Of a stretch of 64,000 nucleotides of DNA, positions 45,183 to 54,623 are shown one piece after another. The stretch's first letter is position 1. The number at the start of each line of letters is the position of its first letter. Under the pieces are notes generated by a model, which saw only the letters and a list, made by a program, of their open reading frames with translations, was not told the DNA's origin and did no database searches. A program made the position numbers and the translations under genes. This DNA comes from Pseudomonadota bacterium (GTDB lineage: Bacteria > Pseudomonadota > Gammaproteobacteria > Steroidobacterales > Woeseiaceae), in NCBI GenBank assembly GCA_039821645.1, contig JBCBNU010000008.1, positions 1,576-65,575 on the forward strand. The letters run 5' to 3'.

Positions 45183-46376
45183 CTAGGGTCCCGTCGCAAC
45201 TGCATTGGAAGCGGGAGCTTGAGTGCTCGCAGCCTCCACGTTGTCATCATTGCCTACCCGCACCAGCATCCCATTCAATGGTGCTTCGAGCACTGTCAGC
45301 ACCACTCTGAGCTCTTCAAGCTGATCCGCCGCGACATACGCGTAGGTCGCATCGGTCCGAAGAAACTCCAGATTCCTGAGCCGCAACTGACTCTCGTCGT
45401 CGACAAAAACGACCTGGTCGTTCCCGCGAATAAGCGTGCGCGGAATACTGACTACGTCGTCAAGGACGATCCCCTCAATTTCGGCAGAGACAAAGGTGCC
45501 TGCAGGCAACGGTTCTGCATTGCCGGATTCTGCTGTTCTGAGATAAGGATCATCAATTGATGCCACCGAGAACACCATTCGGGTGCGCTCATCGACAACA
45601 CCTTCGGTCCGAACGATACGCCCCGCCCAGGTAACCTCACGGCCCCGGTAGCTGCCGCGCAAGGTCACCTCAGGCAAATCCTCTACCGCCGTGTTGACGC
45701 CGCTCTCCGGCAGATTCACAAACGCAAGATCATTGTCGGGCAACGGGAGGCGCACCTCGAAGCGATCGGTCGCAAAGACGGTGCCGATCGGCGAGCCGGG
45801 AGCCACATAGTCACCCAGCTCCGCATCGCGGCTTCTTACGAGCCCATCGTAGGGCACGATGATCCGTGTGCGGTCGAGGTCGCGCTCGGCACGCACCAAG
45901 TCAGCACGCGCAGACTCCAGCGCTGCTTTGGCCGACAGAAGCTCCGCCTCCGCGCGATAGCCCTGCTCCCTGAGTTTTTTGGCACCGTCATACTCAATCT
46001 GCCGCTGGTCTAACGCCGCTTTCGCGCGCGCCACCGCCACCTCGTAATTTGTAGGGTCGATCCGCATCAATTGCTCACCGGCAACAAAACTATCGCCAGG
46101 TTCAAACACAGAGGACAGTTTAACAACGGTACCGGCGACCTCGGCGCTCAATGAGGTCTGCGTCACCGGCAATACACTGCCCTGACTCTCGACGGAGAAC
46201 TGCACCTGCCCAGGTTCCAGTTCAAGCACGTTGACTAGTGGTGGTGGTCGGTCTTCAGACTTTGGTTGCGGTCGCGCCACATTGGCCATCATGAAGCTGA
46301 CCGCACTCAGTGCACCGCCGAGTATCACTATGATCAGAACGGCCCCGATCATGAATCCCTGAGTCCATTTAGGCAC
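45183..46376 (-). CDS. RND efflux periplasmic adaptor (membrane fusion protein)
   Basis: It has an N-terminal anchor, a coiled-coil hairpin (AKAALDQRQIEYDGAKKL...AKAALESARADLVRAERDL) and a beta-barrel domain. It lies immediately upstream of the pump gene. Confidence 0.9.
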   Translation of the reverse strand: MPKWTQGFMIGAVLIIVILGGALSAVSFMMANVARPQPKSEDRPPPLVNVLELEPGQVQFSVESQGSVLPVTQTSLSAEVAGTVVKLSSVFEPGDSFVAGEQLMRIDPTNYEVAVARAKAALDQRQIEYDGAKKLREQGYRAEAELLSAKAALESARADLVRAERDLDRTRIIVPYDGLVRSRDAELGDYVAPGSPIGTVFATDRFEVRLPLPDNDLAFVNLPESGVNTAVEDLPEVTLRGSYRGREVTWAGRIVRTEGVVDERTRMVFSVASIDDPYLRTAESGNAEPLPAGTFVSAEIEGIVLDDVVSIPRTLIRGNDQVVFVDDESQLRLRNLEFLRTDATYAYVAADQLEELRVVLTVLEAPLNGMLVRVGNDDNVEAASTQAPASNAVATGP

Positions 46377-46594
46377 AGGCTTATCCCTCTATCCTAAGCT
46401 CCGCGTACATTGTGCGCCCTCACCCCGGCCGATAGCCAGTGTTAGACAGCAATACAACGTCAAAAAGCGTCAAGAAGGGACCCGATGCTGCTAGCACCAG
46501 CATGCCTGTTCAAACGGTGATCGTTTGGGAATAAACCGCGACCGCGGTGTTGCTAAGCGATTGATTTTTTCACGGCACGAATTGGCTGGGGTCA

Positions 46595-48010
46595 TCAACC
46601 TTGTGCGGCTACCCGCGCTTCGATGATCCCAATCGCATCGTGAATCCTTGCGAGGGTTCTCGCCTTGCCGACTAGTGCCAGCGTATCGCCCACCCCGGGC
46701 GAGGCACCACCACCGGTGATCGCCACGCGTGTTGGCTGTCCGATCTTCCCAAGACCAATGCCTTGCGCTTCTGCGACTTGCGCCACCAGCGCACCAAGTG
46801 CGTCGGCCTCCCAGGTGTCGCTTGCCTGAAGCGCGGTGAGCAAGGCCTGCAATGGTTCCAGCGCAACCGGACGCAGGTGTTTTTTAGCAGCTCCTGCATC
46901 GACCTCTATGTCGTCGACGTAGAGGTATTGCAGACCGTCTGCCAGCGCACCGAGCGTGACCGCACGATCCCGGTAGATCTCAAACACGACAGCCGGGTCG
47001 GGTCCGACTGCCACATCAAGTCCACGCGAGTGCAATTGCTGGGCTAGCAAAGCGCCCATCTCGCCCGCATCGGCCGCTTGCAGGTAGTGCTGATTCAACC
47101 AGTCGAGCTTCTCGGTATTGAAGGCAGATGCCGAGGCATTGACATCCCCGATATCGAACAGCGCCACCATTTCGTCGATGGAAAAGACCTCCTGATCACC
47201 ATGCGACCATCCGAGCCGAACCAGGTAATTCAGAAGCGCCTCGGGCAAGTAGCCGGCATCCCGATAGTCGAGCACATTCACCGCGCCATGACGCTTGGAT
47301 AATCGAGAGCCGTCGTCGCCGAGAATCATTGGAACGTGGGCGTAAGTTGGTGGCGTTTTGCCGATCGCCTCGAACATATTGATCTGCCGCGGCGTGTTTG
47401 CGAGGTGGTCATCCCCTCGGATCACATGCGTGATCCCCATGTCTGCATCATCGACGACCACGGTGAAATTGTAGGTTGGCGTGCCGTCCGATCTCGCGAT
47501 GATCAAATCATCGAGCTCGCCATTGCTGATGTTGATGCGACCGCGAACCTGATCATCGAACCTCACTGTACCTTCCAGCGGATTCTTGAAACGCACAACC
47601 GGATCCACACCTTCGCGCGGCTCGTTGCGATCGCGGTATCGACCGTCGTATCGCGGCTTCTCGCCTGCGGCGCGTTGCGCCTCGCGTAACTCGTCGAGCT
47701 CCTCGCGAGTCGCGTAGCAATAGTACGCTTTGCCACTGTCCAGCCATTCATCGATGACCTCACGATAACGATCGAATCGATGAGTCTGGTAGTACGGGCC
47801 CTCGTCGGCATCCAGTCCCAGCCAAGCCATGCCGTCCAGGATGGCATCGACTGAGGCCTGCGTTGAGCGTTCGCGGTCGGTGTCCTCAATACGCAGCACG
47901 AACTGCCCGCCGTGGCGGCGCGCATAGAGCCAGGAAAACAATGCGGTGCGCACACCGCCTACGTGCAACACCCCGGTTGGACTCGGAGCGAATCGCGTCT
48001 TAATCGTCAT
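46595..48010 (-). CDS. gltX: Glutamate--tRNA ligase
   Basis: The N-terminus is [20 protein letters not shown] (HIGH-type motif), followed by VLRIEDTD. The KMSKS-type motif is RLSKRHG. Confidence 0.95.
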   Translation of the reverse strand: MTIKTRFAPSPTGVLHVGGVRTALFSWLYARRHGGQFVLRIEDTDRERSTQASVDAILDGMAWLGLDADEGPYYQTHRFDRYREVIDEWLDSGKAYYCYATREELDELREAQRAAGEKPRYDGRYRDRNEPREGVDPVVRFKNPLEGTVRFDDQVRGRINISNGELDDLIIARSDGTPTYNFTVVVDDADMGITHVIRGDDHLANTPRQINMFEAIGKTPPTYAHVPMILGDDGSRLSKRHGAVNVLDYRDAGYLPEALLNYLVRLGWSHGDQEVFSIDEMVALFDIGDVNASASAFNTEKLDWLNQHYLQAADAGEMGALLAQQLHSRGLDVAVGPDPAVVFEIYRDRAVTLGALADGLQYLYVDDIEVDAGAAKKHLRPVALEPLQALLTALQASDTWEADALGALVAQVAEAQGIGLGKIGQPTRVAITGGGASPGVGDTLALVGKARTLARIHDAIGIIEARVAAQG

Positions 48011-48037
48011 GTTGTGAATGATACCGACTCGTCTGCG

Positions 48038-49165
48038 CTATCGCGCGCCCTTGTAACCATCGACATAGGCGCGAGCGGCGAGCATCGATTGACGAAATTG
48101 CTGCAGGTCGTCTTCACTGACGGCGCCCTGCAATCGAGTCACCGACTCACGCAGCCCCCGAAGGGGTAGATCGCGGAACTGATTCAATCGCTGGATCTCG
48201 AAATACAGGTCCGGGTTTTCGTGCACGACAGTACTGCCCATCGCAAACTGCGCATCGAACGTAGGACTTGAGATCAGCGCCAGCGCCTCGGCATCAATAC
48301 CGCTGTTTGCGAGCGTGTCGACAAACGCGATGTTCACGAAATGCGAGAGCCCGAGTACGAACGCGATCAGCTCATCGTGCGCCTCCAGCGTCATGTCGAC
48401 CGATTCGACCATCGTATCGGCAAAAATCGCTCGCGCCGCTGCCGTCGCTTCGGGATTTCCGACATCGCAAAAGATCATGTGCCTGCCGGCCAATAGGCGT
48501 GTGGACGGACCAAACATCGGGTGCAATGAGGTCACCGATACGCCGGACTTGGCGAGCGACCGCAAAGGCTCGACCAAGGGCGTTTTGAGCGAACCCACAT
48601 CGAAGACCAGGCCACTTGGTGCGAGCTGCTCCAGCTCTGCCAGCAACGCTGCCGACACAGCGAGCGTTGCAGCAACGACAATCACGTCGTAATCCACCCC
48701 CGCCGCGGCAAGCGATTCGTGCACATGCGACTTTGAGAGGTCGGCTGCGGGATCAACGATGGCCACGGCATAACCCTGCGAATGGAAATACTCAACAAAC
48801 CATCGACCCATACGACCGGCGCCGCCGAGCACCAACGCGCTTTTGCCACTGCCACTCGCCGAGCCTCGGATTCTCGCTTGCTCCTGATCCTGCAGTGACG
48901 CACGGATGACAGCCGCGAGCACGTCGGTCGCCAGCTCCGGAGAAACCCCAACCGATTCGGCGGTCGCGCGCGCCTTGTCCAACACGACTTTCTCGCGCCG
49001 AAAATCACGCGTCTGGTGTCCTTCAGCAGCCTTGAGCTGACCGATCTGGCGCACGAGATCCTGACGCTCACCGATCGTCTCAACCAGCCGAGCATCGACC
49101 GCATCCAGTCGCTTGCGTAATTGATCCAACGCCTCGGAACGAATATCTGTTTGTTTTTCAGTCAA
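48038..49165 (-). CDS. tyrA: Bifunctional chorismate mutase / prephenate dehydrogenase
   Basis: The N-terminal CM_2 helix is LRKRLDAVDARLVETIGERQDLVRQIGQLK. This is followed by a Rossmann fold (LVLGGAGRMGRWF) and a PDH core. Confidence 0.85.
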   Translation of the reverse strand: MTEKQTDIRSEALDQLRKRLDAVDARLVETIGERQDLVRQIGQLKAAEGHQTRDFRREKVVLDKARATAESVGVSPELATDVLAAVIRASLQDQEQARIRGSASGSGKSALVLGGAGRMGRWFVEYFHSQGYAVAIVDPAADLSKSHVHESLAAAGVDYDVIVVAATLAVSAALLAELEQLAPSGLVFDVGSLKTPLVEPLRSLAKSGVSVTSLHPMFGPSTRLLAGRHMIFCDVGNPEATAAARAIFADTMVESVDMTLEAHDELIAFVLGLSHFVNIAFVDTLANSGIDAEALALISSPTFDAQFAMGSTVVHENPDLYFEIQRLNQFRDLPLRGLRESVTRLQGAVSEDDLQQFRQSMLAARAYVDGYKGAR

Positions 49166-49264
49166 TGTATGTCGCTTCAGGCAGCGCCTCGGCGAGTGTG
49201 ATCACAATCGCTGTTCCCGTTTTTCGCAGATGCTAGCATTCACGTGGCGCAGGTAGGAGCACAA

Positions 49265-50365
49265 ATGACGTTCGACGTCATCGAAATCGGAGCAGAATCG
49301 CTCCACCAGATTCGTGAACCATGGGAGTCACTTACAGATCGCGCCACCGAGCCGTTGCTGTTCCAGTCTTGGCACTGGTGCAAAGCTTGGCTGGAGTGTC
49401 ACTCAGATGCCTCGCGGGCCGAGCTCGAGCTAAAGCTGTTTGTGGCTAAGACGGAAGGCGGCGACTGGGTGGGTCTTGCACCACTCTTCATCCGACCAGT
49501 AAAGCGAATCGGCATCACGCTTCGATGCCTTCAGTTTGTAGGTGGCGCATCCGGGATGCGCACGGTCTTCAGGACGGAGTACAACGATTTTCTCCTTGAC
49601 GAAGCCCACGCTACAGCAGCGCGTGCGGCGTTGTGCGACGCGATAGTGCGTTGTCACGACTGGGATGAGTGGTCGCTGTCCGACATACCCGTCTGCGAAA
49701 CGCTCGATGCAGTGAGTACTCGTCTGCGAGGCAAGGGGCGAATGACCGCAGATGAGTTGGGGTACAGGGCCGATCTGTCTGACGGCTTTGATGCGTACAT
49801 CTCACAATTGCGCGGCAGCGCGCGCCGACAGCTGTTTAACAAACGCAAGCGCCTTGCAACCATTGGAGCAGTCCGTGTAAGCCACGTTTGCACCGAGCAA
49901 TGGCCAGACTTTCTGGAAGCCATGAACGATTTTCATACCAAGCGTTGGGGTCAACCGGTCATCGGGCCACTTCGCAGCCGGTTCCTGAATCTATTGTTGA
50001 ACGAGGATGGCGAAAATGCGCCCAAGCAAGCCAGTAGCTTACTGATGGTGGACGAAACGCCGTACTCCGCCTTACTCGACATTGATTACCGGGGGCGGCG
50101 ATACAACCTGCAGGCGGGCATCAATGACTGCGCGTCATCAGCGATCAGTCCTGGGCTACTGCACTTTGGCTTCAGCATGGAGGATGCCGCAGACCGACAG
50201 CTTAGCGCCTATGAGTTTCTGATCGGTCGCGGCAAGCATGAGAACTACAAGCAGTCCATCGCTACACAAGAGATACGCGCACTCAGCCTGAACTTTCCGA
50301 GGCCACTTTGGCTACGCACGCTCTACGCTGCCAACGATCGAATCAACCAGATCCTGGGACGTTAG
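49265..50365 (+). CDS. CelD/BcsL-like GNAT-fold acyltransferase (Acetyltransf_6-like)
   Basis: The N-terminal FQSWHWCKAW motif and the ~370-aa size resemble CelD-type proteins found in polysaccharide loci. The ATG at 49265 has AGGAG 5 nt upstream. The assignment is by resemblance only. Confidence 0.55.
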   Translation: MTFDVIEIGAESLHQIREPWESLTDRATEPLLFQSWHWCKAWLECHSDASRAELELKLFVAKTEGGDWVGLAPLFIRPVKRIGITLRCLQFVGGASGMRTVFRTEYNDFLLDEAHATAARAALCDAIVRCHDWDEWSLSDIPVCETLDAVSTRLRGKGRMTADELGYRADLSDGFDAYISQLRGSARRQLFNKRKRLATIGAVRVSHVCTEQWPDFLEAMNDFHTKRWGQPVIGPLRSRFLNLLLNEDGENAPKQASSLLMVDETPYSALLDIDYRGRRYNLQAGINDCASSAISPGLLHFGFSMEDAADRQLSAYEFLIGRGKHENYKQSIATQEIRALSLNFPRPLWLRTLYAANDRINQILGR

Positions 50366-52239
50366 TCGCGGACTCTGTTTTTCCAGCGCGGTGAGCGATA
50401 GAGCTCATCGACGAACGCGATATTTCCAGACTCAGCATAGGTGTGGATGCCAATGGCGCCGCTTCTGGTGCGAGGTGGAATATGCTCAAGCAGAACCTCT
50501 CGATAGTCGGTGGTCGACAGCGCTGTGACCTCCATGAAATTCAATCCGTAGCCGTAGCGATAGGTGCAATCCTGAGTCGGTCGAATCAGACGACCGTTTT
50601 TTTCGATCATTGCACCGCCCGGGCGCGAGGTCCTGCAATCGGAGACCACTGGGTTGAGTGGGTGCGCCTGCCACGGACCCACAAGATCCTCCGCAAAGTA
50701 GAGAAAACACTCATCCTGGGAAGACACCGCAGGGTGCGACTTCACGTTGGCGAACATCCACCACAGGCCATCACGTCGCAGCAGCGTCGCGTCCGACGCG
50801 TCAATGTCCTGCATTAGCACCGAGTGCAATGTCCACTCGTCGGGAAACGCGGTCGCCTTGTATAACTCGATCGTTTGGTTGGCTGACGTTTCTGGCAGCA
50901 TGTAGTACTCGCCACTGACGTCGAGAATCTGCGGATAGGAAAGGTGATAAGGGCGCTGCAATATCATTCGTGTGCCGCCGTCAGGCCTGCCGTTGGCATC
51001 GAGGGACACTCGGGATAGATGCCCGAGTTTACGCCGGTCACAGTACTCCTCAAAAAACAGGAATCGTGATTCACCGCTGACATGAATAAACGGGTCTGCC
51101 CGATAAATCCGGTCGGGGTTGTGCTGGACTTCGGCGAGTCGTGTCTCGCCGGTCAGCGCAAATGGTGTGGCCCGACGCAATCGCCATCGCTGCTCAAACA
51201 AATTGTTATCGACAAGTGCAATCGCTTTGCGAAAAACAGCGCGCACAACGTACAGGCTGTATGCGAGTGCGCCAGGGTGTGGCGCCGAGAAATTGCGCTC
51301 GAAGGATTGGTCGACCCTGGTGCGACAATCAGCGAAAAAGGCATTCGCCCCCAGCTGGCGCATACGCTGGACTGCCCGAGGGATACCAAACAGCATCTTC
51401 CAGTAATGGCGAGAGATGTTGTCTCTTGTCGAGTGGCGACTGGTTGCCATCCACGACTCCGCCAGAACGATTGGTGCGCGATCGGCAAACGTGACTGCGA
51501 GAGTGGATCGCGTCAGTGGCGCACCTTTGAGCACCGGCCAGAATCCAGCAGGGTAAGCCTGTGCGATGCCGGCGGGTGAACCGAGTAAAGACCAGACACC
51601 AAATCTGGCACTGGTAATCACTTCGGAGGGAACCGCTCGCAATCCACAATGCACAACCACATCGACATTCAGATCAACCAGGTGCTTGCGATCTGACTCC
51701 GAAAATGTGCCCGGAAGATCGACCAATACCTCACTGTCGAGATCCGCATCGCAACGACGCCAGGCGTCGGCGAAAACGAGGTTCCGATCAACGAGCTTTC
51801 GGTAGCTCGCCATCAAACGCCGTCGCATGCCACGACGCAAGCGCCCGTCCTGCCATCGAGGCTTGCTGCCTGGAGTCCGTCCGCCACGTCTGCGATCGTG
51901 CGCAATCATCACACCAGCGATTTCGACGCCATCATCCTGCGTGAAGCAATCCAGCAACTCGGCCACCCATGCAGGGATGGCGTATCGATCTAGAAAGAGT
52001 GCAACACGGGTTGGTAATTGTGATTCTTGTTCGCTCAACGCGTTCAAATCGCAGGTAGCTGAATGCCCAGAGTCTAATCGCTTCACGTGGGCGGCACGAG
52101 TCCGACCGGAGTGTCGGTTTCCCAACGTGGTTGTCTGCATTCTGCGACAGACCGAAGAGCCCGCTGCTTTCAGAGGGTTGCGCAGTGCATCTCGGCAAGC
52201 GGTGACCGGCCTGTTTCTGTCTGACGACACTTCGCCCAT
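50362..52239 (-). CDS. Two-domain protein: degenerate formyltransferase-like N-terminal domain plus GINT1/GH43-like beta-propeller-like C-terminal domain; start uncertain
   Basis: The N-terminal half resembles the formyltransferase fold (DVVVHCGLRAVPSEVITSARFGVWSL), but the catalytic N..H is not evident. The C-terminal half contains ADPFIHVSGESRFLFFEEY...YPQILDVSGEYYMLPETS...FPDEWT. The first ~85 codons are Arg-rich and probably not translated. Confidence 0.5.
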   Translation of the reverse strand: MGEVSSDRNRPVTACRDALRNPLKAAGSSVCRRMQTTTLGNRHSGRTRAAHVKRLDSGHSATCDLNALSEQESQLPTRVALFLDRYAIPAWVAELLDCFTQDDGVEIAGVMIAHDRRRGGRTPGSKPRWQDGRLRRGMRRRLMASYRKLVDRNLVFADAWRRCDADLDSEVLVDLPGTFSESDRKHLVDLNVDVVVHCGLRAVPSEVITSARFGVWSLLGSPAGIAQAYPAGFWPVLKGAPLTRSTLAVTFADRAPIVLAESWMATSRHSTRDNISRHYWKMLFGIPRAVQRMRQLGANAFFADCRTRVDQSFERNFSAPHPGALAYSLYVVRAVFRKAIALVDNNLFEQRWRLRRATPFALTGETRLAEVQHNPDRIYRADPFIHVSGESRFLFFEEYCDRRKLGHLSRVSLDANGRPDGGTRMILQRPYHLSYPQILDVSGEYYMLPETSANQTIELYKATAFPDEWTLHSVLMQDIDASDATLLRRDGLWWMFANVKSHPAVSSQDECFLYFAEDLVGPWQAHPLNPVVSDCRTSRPGGAMIEKNGRLIRPTQDCTYRYGYGLNFMEVTALSTTDYREVLLEHIPPRTRSGAIGIHTYAESGNIAFVDELYRSPRWKNRVRD

Positions 52240-52461
52240 TTTGGGCTTCTGAATAGCAAAACTCGCAATCGGTGCAAAAACAGGCAGTTAGATGCAAATC
52301 TGCGCGTCTGAAATTTGTGGCACAAAAGTTGCTTTACTTAACTTGGATTCGAAGCGCGTCGAGCCTGCACATCGTGGTTTTTGACGCGAGCATTACGTGA
52401 CACAAGCCTCAATTCGACGCTATGGCGCTGTCGGCGCGATCACAGGGTCGGCACACTAAGC

Positions 52462-52552
52462 GGCAGTTGAAAAGGCATAACCGTCGAAAGGCGGCGACGC
52501 AAAGCTACCGGTCTACAGGCGAGAGCCCACGACGGCGGAGTTACCAAACTCG
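52462..52552 (+). promoter_or_regulatory. c-di-GMP-I (GEMM) riboswitch aptamer in the 5' leader of lipoprotein gene 52638-53978
   Basis: The sequence is AAAAGGCAUAACCGUCGAAAGGCGGCGACGCAAAGCUACCGGUCUACAGGCGAGAGCCCACGACGGCGGAGUUACCAAAC. It matches conserved GEMM-I blocks as recalled from V. cholerae Vc2 (GGCAAACC..GAAAG..GGACGCAAAGCC.CCGG.CUA....GGUAGCGGGGUUACCGA). The first hairpin is CCGUC-GAAA-GGCGG, closed by a GNRA loop. The second arm is capped by GGC-GAGA-GCC. GGCAUAAC can pair with GUUACC to close the junction. Confidence 0.7.
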
Positions 52553-52637
52553 GGAGAGGCAGCCCTGCTTCTCTGTCTGCCGAAAACCGTGTATCCCAGC
52601 GTTCGTCGTCTCGACCTGACCAGGTGAAACAACGAGC

Positions 52638-53978
52638 ATGACACGCCGTATTCTCAGTCAGACAAAGCGATTTCCCACTCTGCTCGCGGTAGCGGGTTGT
52701 TCACTTGCTCTCGCGGCCTGCTCGGGCAGCGAAGATGCAACCGAGAACACGATTTTGGACGGTGGTGCTGGACCCACACCGACTCCAGTCGACAGCCAGC
52801 CGCCTCAGATCAGCATTTTGACGCCCGACGACGACGGGCGTGCCGAGACCAGCTCGACGGTTATTTCGCTGACCGGGCAAGCCTCGGACAATGTAGATGT
52901 TCAGAGCTTGGGATGGTCGAGCAATCGCGGCGATAGCGGTGACATCACCGTATCGTCCAACTGGATCAGTCCGCAAATATCGGTCTTCTCCGGCAGCAAC
53001 GTGATCACGGTGACCGCCGAAGACGCCGCTGGCAACACCGCCAGTGACACGATCACGATTGTGTTCGAGCCCAATTCGGCGCCGGAACCCGCGATGGGGA
53101 TGGTGAGCTTCAATCCTGATCTCACCAACCCGATCCGACTCGCAGACAACACGATTTCACGGCAGTTCGCCTATTTGTTTTTCGAACCCAATTCAGAGTG
53201 GATTGATCGCGGCGTCAGCCGAGTGGAGTTTTCGTGCTGCCGCTCGGTTACCGGCACGCCCGAACCACATTTGCCGACCGTCACCGACAGCGCGGCGCCG
53301 TGGGCGTTACCCATCGACCTCGTTCAGTTCGCAGCGGGCACGCGACGCGAGCTCTCCATCGATGTGATTTTCGCGGACAATGGCGAACGAGTGACGCAGC
53401 GAGTCGAATTCAACCTGGCGACCGCGAGTGGCGGCAACAACCGTGCACCGATCATCAGTGGCAACGCGCCTGGGACGGTCGTTGCGGGCGAAAACTACAG
53501 CTTCGTGCCGACGGCGAGCGATCCGGATGGCGACATGCTGACCTTTAGCGTGAGCAACCTGCCCCGCTGGGCATCGTTCGATCCGGTGACCGGCGAGATT
53601 TCGGGCACACCGGCCAACGGTGATGTTGGTCTGTTTCGTAATATTCGAATTCGCGTCTCCGATGGCATCAATACCGTGTCGCTGCCGCGTTTCGATGTGC
53701 AAGTCGATGCGGTGGCACTGCGTTCGGTGACGCTTAACTGGACGCCACCGACGCGTCGCGAGGACGGCTCACCGCTCAACGGCCTTTCGGGATATCAGGT
53801 CTACTACGGCCAGGTATCGGGCGTTTATCCGAACCGCAGATCGGTCAACGACGGCTCGATTTCGAGCTTCACGCTCGACAGCCTCCAGCCGGGAACGTGG
53901 TACGTAGCGATCACCTCGATAGACAACAACGGACTGGAAAGTGCGCTGTCGAATGAGGTCGCCAAACAGGCGCAATAA
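52638..53978 (+). CDS. Lipoprotein with Ig-like domains, a dystroglycan/cadherin-like 'putative Ig' domain and a C-terminal fibronectin type III domain
   Basis: The lipobox is SLALAAC. The Ig-like segment is NVITVTAEDAAGNTASDTITIVF. The putative-Ig segment is NRAPIISGNAPGTVVAGENYSFVPTASDPDGDMLTFSVSNLPRWASFDPVTGEISGTP. The FN3 segment is VTLNWTPPTRREDGSPLNGLSGYQVYYG...WYVAITSIDNNGLES. Confidence 0.8.
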   Translation: MTRRILSQTKRFPTLLAVAGCSLALAACSGSEDATENTILDGGAGPTPTPVDSQPPQISILTPDDDGRAETSSTVISLTGQASDNVDVQSLGWSSNRGDSGDITVSSNWISPQISVFSGSNVITVTAEDAAGNTASDTITIVFEPNSAPEPAMGMVSFNPDLTNPIRLADNTISRQFAYLFFEPNSEWIDRGVSRVEFSCCRSVTGTPEPHLPTVTDSAAPWALPIDLVQFAAGTRRELSIDVIFADNGERVTQRVEFNLATASGGNNRAPIISGNAPGTVVAGENYSFVPTASDPDGDMLTFSVSNLPRWASFDPVTGEISGTPANGDVGLFRNIRIRVSDGINTVSLPRFDVQVDAVALRSVTLNWTPPTRREDGSPLNGLSGYQVYYGQVSGVYPNRRSVNDGSISSFTLDSLQPGTWYVAITSIDNNGLESALSNEVAKQAQ

Positions 53979-54009
53979 CTCTGCAAAAACCGTGAGTTGC
54001 GCAAACCTG

Positions 54010-54035
54010 CGCCGCGAAAACAGCGCGGATTTTTG
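54010..54035 (+). terminator. Probable Rho-independent terminator after the first FN3 lipoprotein gene
   Basis: GCCGCG-AAAACA-GCGCGG is followed by ATTTTT, about 30 nt after the stop codon. The stem is short (5-6 bp). Confidence 0.5.
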
Positions 54036-54181
54036 CACGTTGCTTGAAACATGCCTGCTAAGTTACTGACGCCAATACACTAAATTGCTGCCGGTTTTTT
54101 TCGACAGTTGAGACCGGCGCATCTAGACCCGCATCATTCTGTCATGCGATTAAACATATTCCTCTTGCGGAGGTTCGATCA

Positions 54182-54619
54182 ATGATGTCGACAACCACCG
54201 CACACGGGTTGTTTTGTGCCCGTGCAACGCTCGTCGGCGCTGCAGCGCTGCTGTCCGTTATGCTTGCCGCCTGTGGTGGCGGTGGCGGCGGTAACCCGGA
54301 TAGCCGCACGGTTAGCACAGGCTCACCGAGCGGCTCCGGTGGTACCCCACCGCCGACGAACGGAAACATTGAGGTCGCGTGGACCCCGCCAACGGCGAAG
54401 GTCGACGGAACGGCGCTCACCGATCTTGCGGGGTATCGTTTCTATCTCGGTCGCGAGAGCGGGCGATACAGCGAAATGGTTCCGGTCAACAATCCTGGGC
54501 TCTCGCGATTGGTTCTGGAAAACCTCGAGGGCGGTACGTGGTTCGTGGCAATGACCTCCATGCGTCGCAATGGCGTGGAGAGTGATCTATCTAACGAGGT
54601 GGCAAAATCCACCAACTAA
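54182..54619 (+). CDS. Small lipoprotein consisting of a Gly/Pro linker and one FN3 domain (paralogue of the C-terminus of 52638-53978)
   Basis: The lipobox is VMLAAC. The FN3 segment is IEVAWTPPTAKVDGTALTDLAGYRFYLG...WFVAMTSMRRNGVESDLSNEVAK, which parallels VTLNWTPP...WYVAITSIDNNGLESALSNEVAK in the larger protein. Confidence 0.75.
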   Translation: MMSTTTAHGLFCARATLVGAAALLSVMLAACGGGGGGNPDSRTVSTGSPSGSGGTPPPTNGNIEVAWTPPTAKVDGTALTDLAGYRFYLGRESGRYSEMVPVNNPGLSRLVLENLEGGTWFVAMTSMRRNGVESDLSNEVAKSTN

Positions 54620-54623
54620 AGCC

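Noticed and set aside
41910-46376. RND pump and adaptor without an adjacent outer-membrane factor gene
   Set aside because: This is common. Many RND pairs recruit a TolC-like channel encoded elsewhere, so it is not unusual enough to report as a finding.
52422-52619. 65-aa ORF in the leader of the FN3 lipoprotein gene
   Set aside because: It overlaps the GEMM riboswitch. It is Arg/Lys/Ser-rich and has no RBS. The region is better explained as structured RNA.
52240-52637. Possible JUMPstart/ops element (GGCGGTAG) upstream of the polysaccharide genes
   Set aside because: I searched by eye and the closest string is GGCGGAGT at about 52534-52541. It lies inside the conserved 3' block of the riboswitch, and there is no exact ops sequence.
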